Assembly (NCBI GenBank): GCA_033442325.1
Contig: JAWQFM010000015.1
Coordinates: 126,843-190,842, forward strand
From: Salpingoeca rosetta
Taxonomy: Eukaryota > Protista > Choanoflagellata
DNA length: 64,000 bases
Reading direction: 5' to 3'
Shown here: positions 62,801-64,000 of the stretch, piece after piece
Position numbering within the stretch: position 1 is the first letter of the stretch
Layout of the letters: every line of letters begins with the position of its first letter
Program-made: the position numbers and the translations under genes
Notes under the pieces: generated by a model
The model's input: only the letters and a program-made list of their open reading frames with translations
Told to the model about the DNA's origin: nothing
Databases searched by the model: none

Positions 62801-64000
62801 GTCGCTTGTCCGCGTTGCAGCGCAGAGCCGTGTTGCTCGCGACGTGGCTGCAGGCAGTGACGGTGGCGGCATGTGTGCGGGCGCGGGTGCCACGGACCGG
62901 TGCCTTGCCAAGTGTGGGTATGTGCCCGTGGCCACGTGCGATGCCCGTGACTGCTTGAGTGTGGGCGACACGACGTCCACCTTCGCCCGTGTGGGTGCTG
63001 GACGCAAGGGCCTACAGGCCTTGCCTGGCACAGGGAAGCGGGGAGCGAGTGCGTGCGGTCCCGGGATCGGCAGTGAAGATGCTGGTGTGGGCGCGAGCGA
63101 GCGCGAGTCGATGGATGACCTGCAGAACCTGATTCTCTCCACGCTGTTGAAACGGCACGAGTTGGCGCTGGCGAAGGAGTGGGCAAAGATGCACGACAAG
63201 GACCAGAAGGTGGTGTGGATGGGCCACATTGACAACATGCTGCAGCAAGGGCAGGTTGAGCGCGCCAAGGATGAGCTGGGCGGGCTGCCGGCTGCTGTTG
63301 CACTGGAGACGAGCTACGCCCTCCTGAGGAAGATGTTGCTGGATCGAATCGACAAGCACCACCACGACCGCCGCCACCGCCAACACCAACAGCAGCAAGT
63401 GGCGGGTCAGCGGTCCCAGTCGCGGTCCTCTGGTGCAGCGTCCACGTCAGCGGCCGGCAGCGTGGTGTCGAGTTCGTGGCGCTCGGGCACGACACATGAG
63501 GGCTACGCGTCGTCGTCAGTTGTCTCCTCATCACGCGCCAACGGCACCTCTGGTGTGTCCACAAGCGTGGGCATATTCACAGCACCACACGGCAGCGGCA
63601 GCGGCAGTGGTGGTGGCGGTGGTGGCACACGCACGCACTCGTCGGCTGCCTCGGGTGTATCCATGTCGTCCACGACGGCAGCAAGTGAGAGGCGATCGGG
63701 CGCTGGCAGTCGGGGCACAAGCAGCGGCGTGCACTCTGTTGCGCCTTCAAGTGTCCACGTCCACGGCGGGCAAGGCGCCCAAGGAGATCAAGGCAATGAA
63801 GGTGCAGGCAATGGAAATGACGGCAATGGAACGAAGCGGAGGCTGTTTGGGCGGTTGCGCAGGCTGGGCAGACGCAAGGGCAGAGGAGGAGGAGGAGGAG
63901 GCAATGGTATCGATGAGAGTGATGTGCATGGGGACGAAGGCGAAGGCACTGGCAGTGACAGTCCCGGTGTTGCAAGTGAGGTTCAGCAGGGTGTCCCAAG
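53208..64000 (+). CDS. ZFYVE26: Spastizin/ZFYVE26 (SPG15)-like giant protein, 3'-truncated by the window, with an inserted DUF547-like domain
   Basis: [33 protein letters not shown]; [15 protein letters not shown]; ETTWRVSLL; [31 protein letters not shown] resemble spastizin conserved blocks. Exons 53208-54040, 54188-54263, 54467-54583, 54792-55001, (gap)-56369 and 56832->64000. FYVE domain not seen in the window. Confidence 0.7.
55481..55580. other. Assembly gap (100 N)
   Basis: N characters. Confidence 1.

Noticed and set aside
57780-63564. Long minus-strand ORFs (465, 266 and 251 aa)
   Set aside because: Antisense shadows of the GC-rich giant + strand exon, with no recognisable domains.

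Overview
Eukaryotic, intron-rich, gene-dense DNA in which most introns carry (CA)n/(GT)n microsatellites. Combined with the animal-like signalling domains (PDZ, LIM, SAM, PH), this most resembles a choanoflagellate such as Salpingoeca rosetta (inference only). Most ORFs in the supplied track are microsatellite artefacts. Splicing by hand at GT..AG sites with phase checks gives 18 protein-coding genes: MFSD11-like (3' end), PDZ+2xLIM, a GT-A+fucosyltransferase fusion, POLE4-like, RRP40/EXOSC3 (anomalous 3' half), MGRN1-like, SAM+PH, PH, TMX2, a Zn-dependent ADH, a protein with three copies of a helical motif, an adenylation-carrier-polyQ-ankyrin NRPS-like protein, RRM+unknown domain, SAH+Costars+LIM, RING+LIM, HEI10/CCNB1IP1, a coiled-coil protein, and a ZFYVE26/spastizin-like giant gene that runs off the right edge. 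Fourteen of the 18 form seven head-to-head pairs. Best leads: (1) a RING-LIM gene that looks like a chimera of its two neighbours, with all three intron positions shared; (2) the A-T-ankyrin NRPS-like enzyme; (3) animal-type E2F and CDE/CHR promoter motifs upstream of replication, meiosis and putative centrosomal genes; (4) a DUF547-like domain inserted in spastizin; (5) the bifunctional glycosyltransferase. No tRNA, rRNA, CRISPR array or transposase was recognised. There are two assembly gaps. Family assignments come from motif recognition by eye, not database searches.
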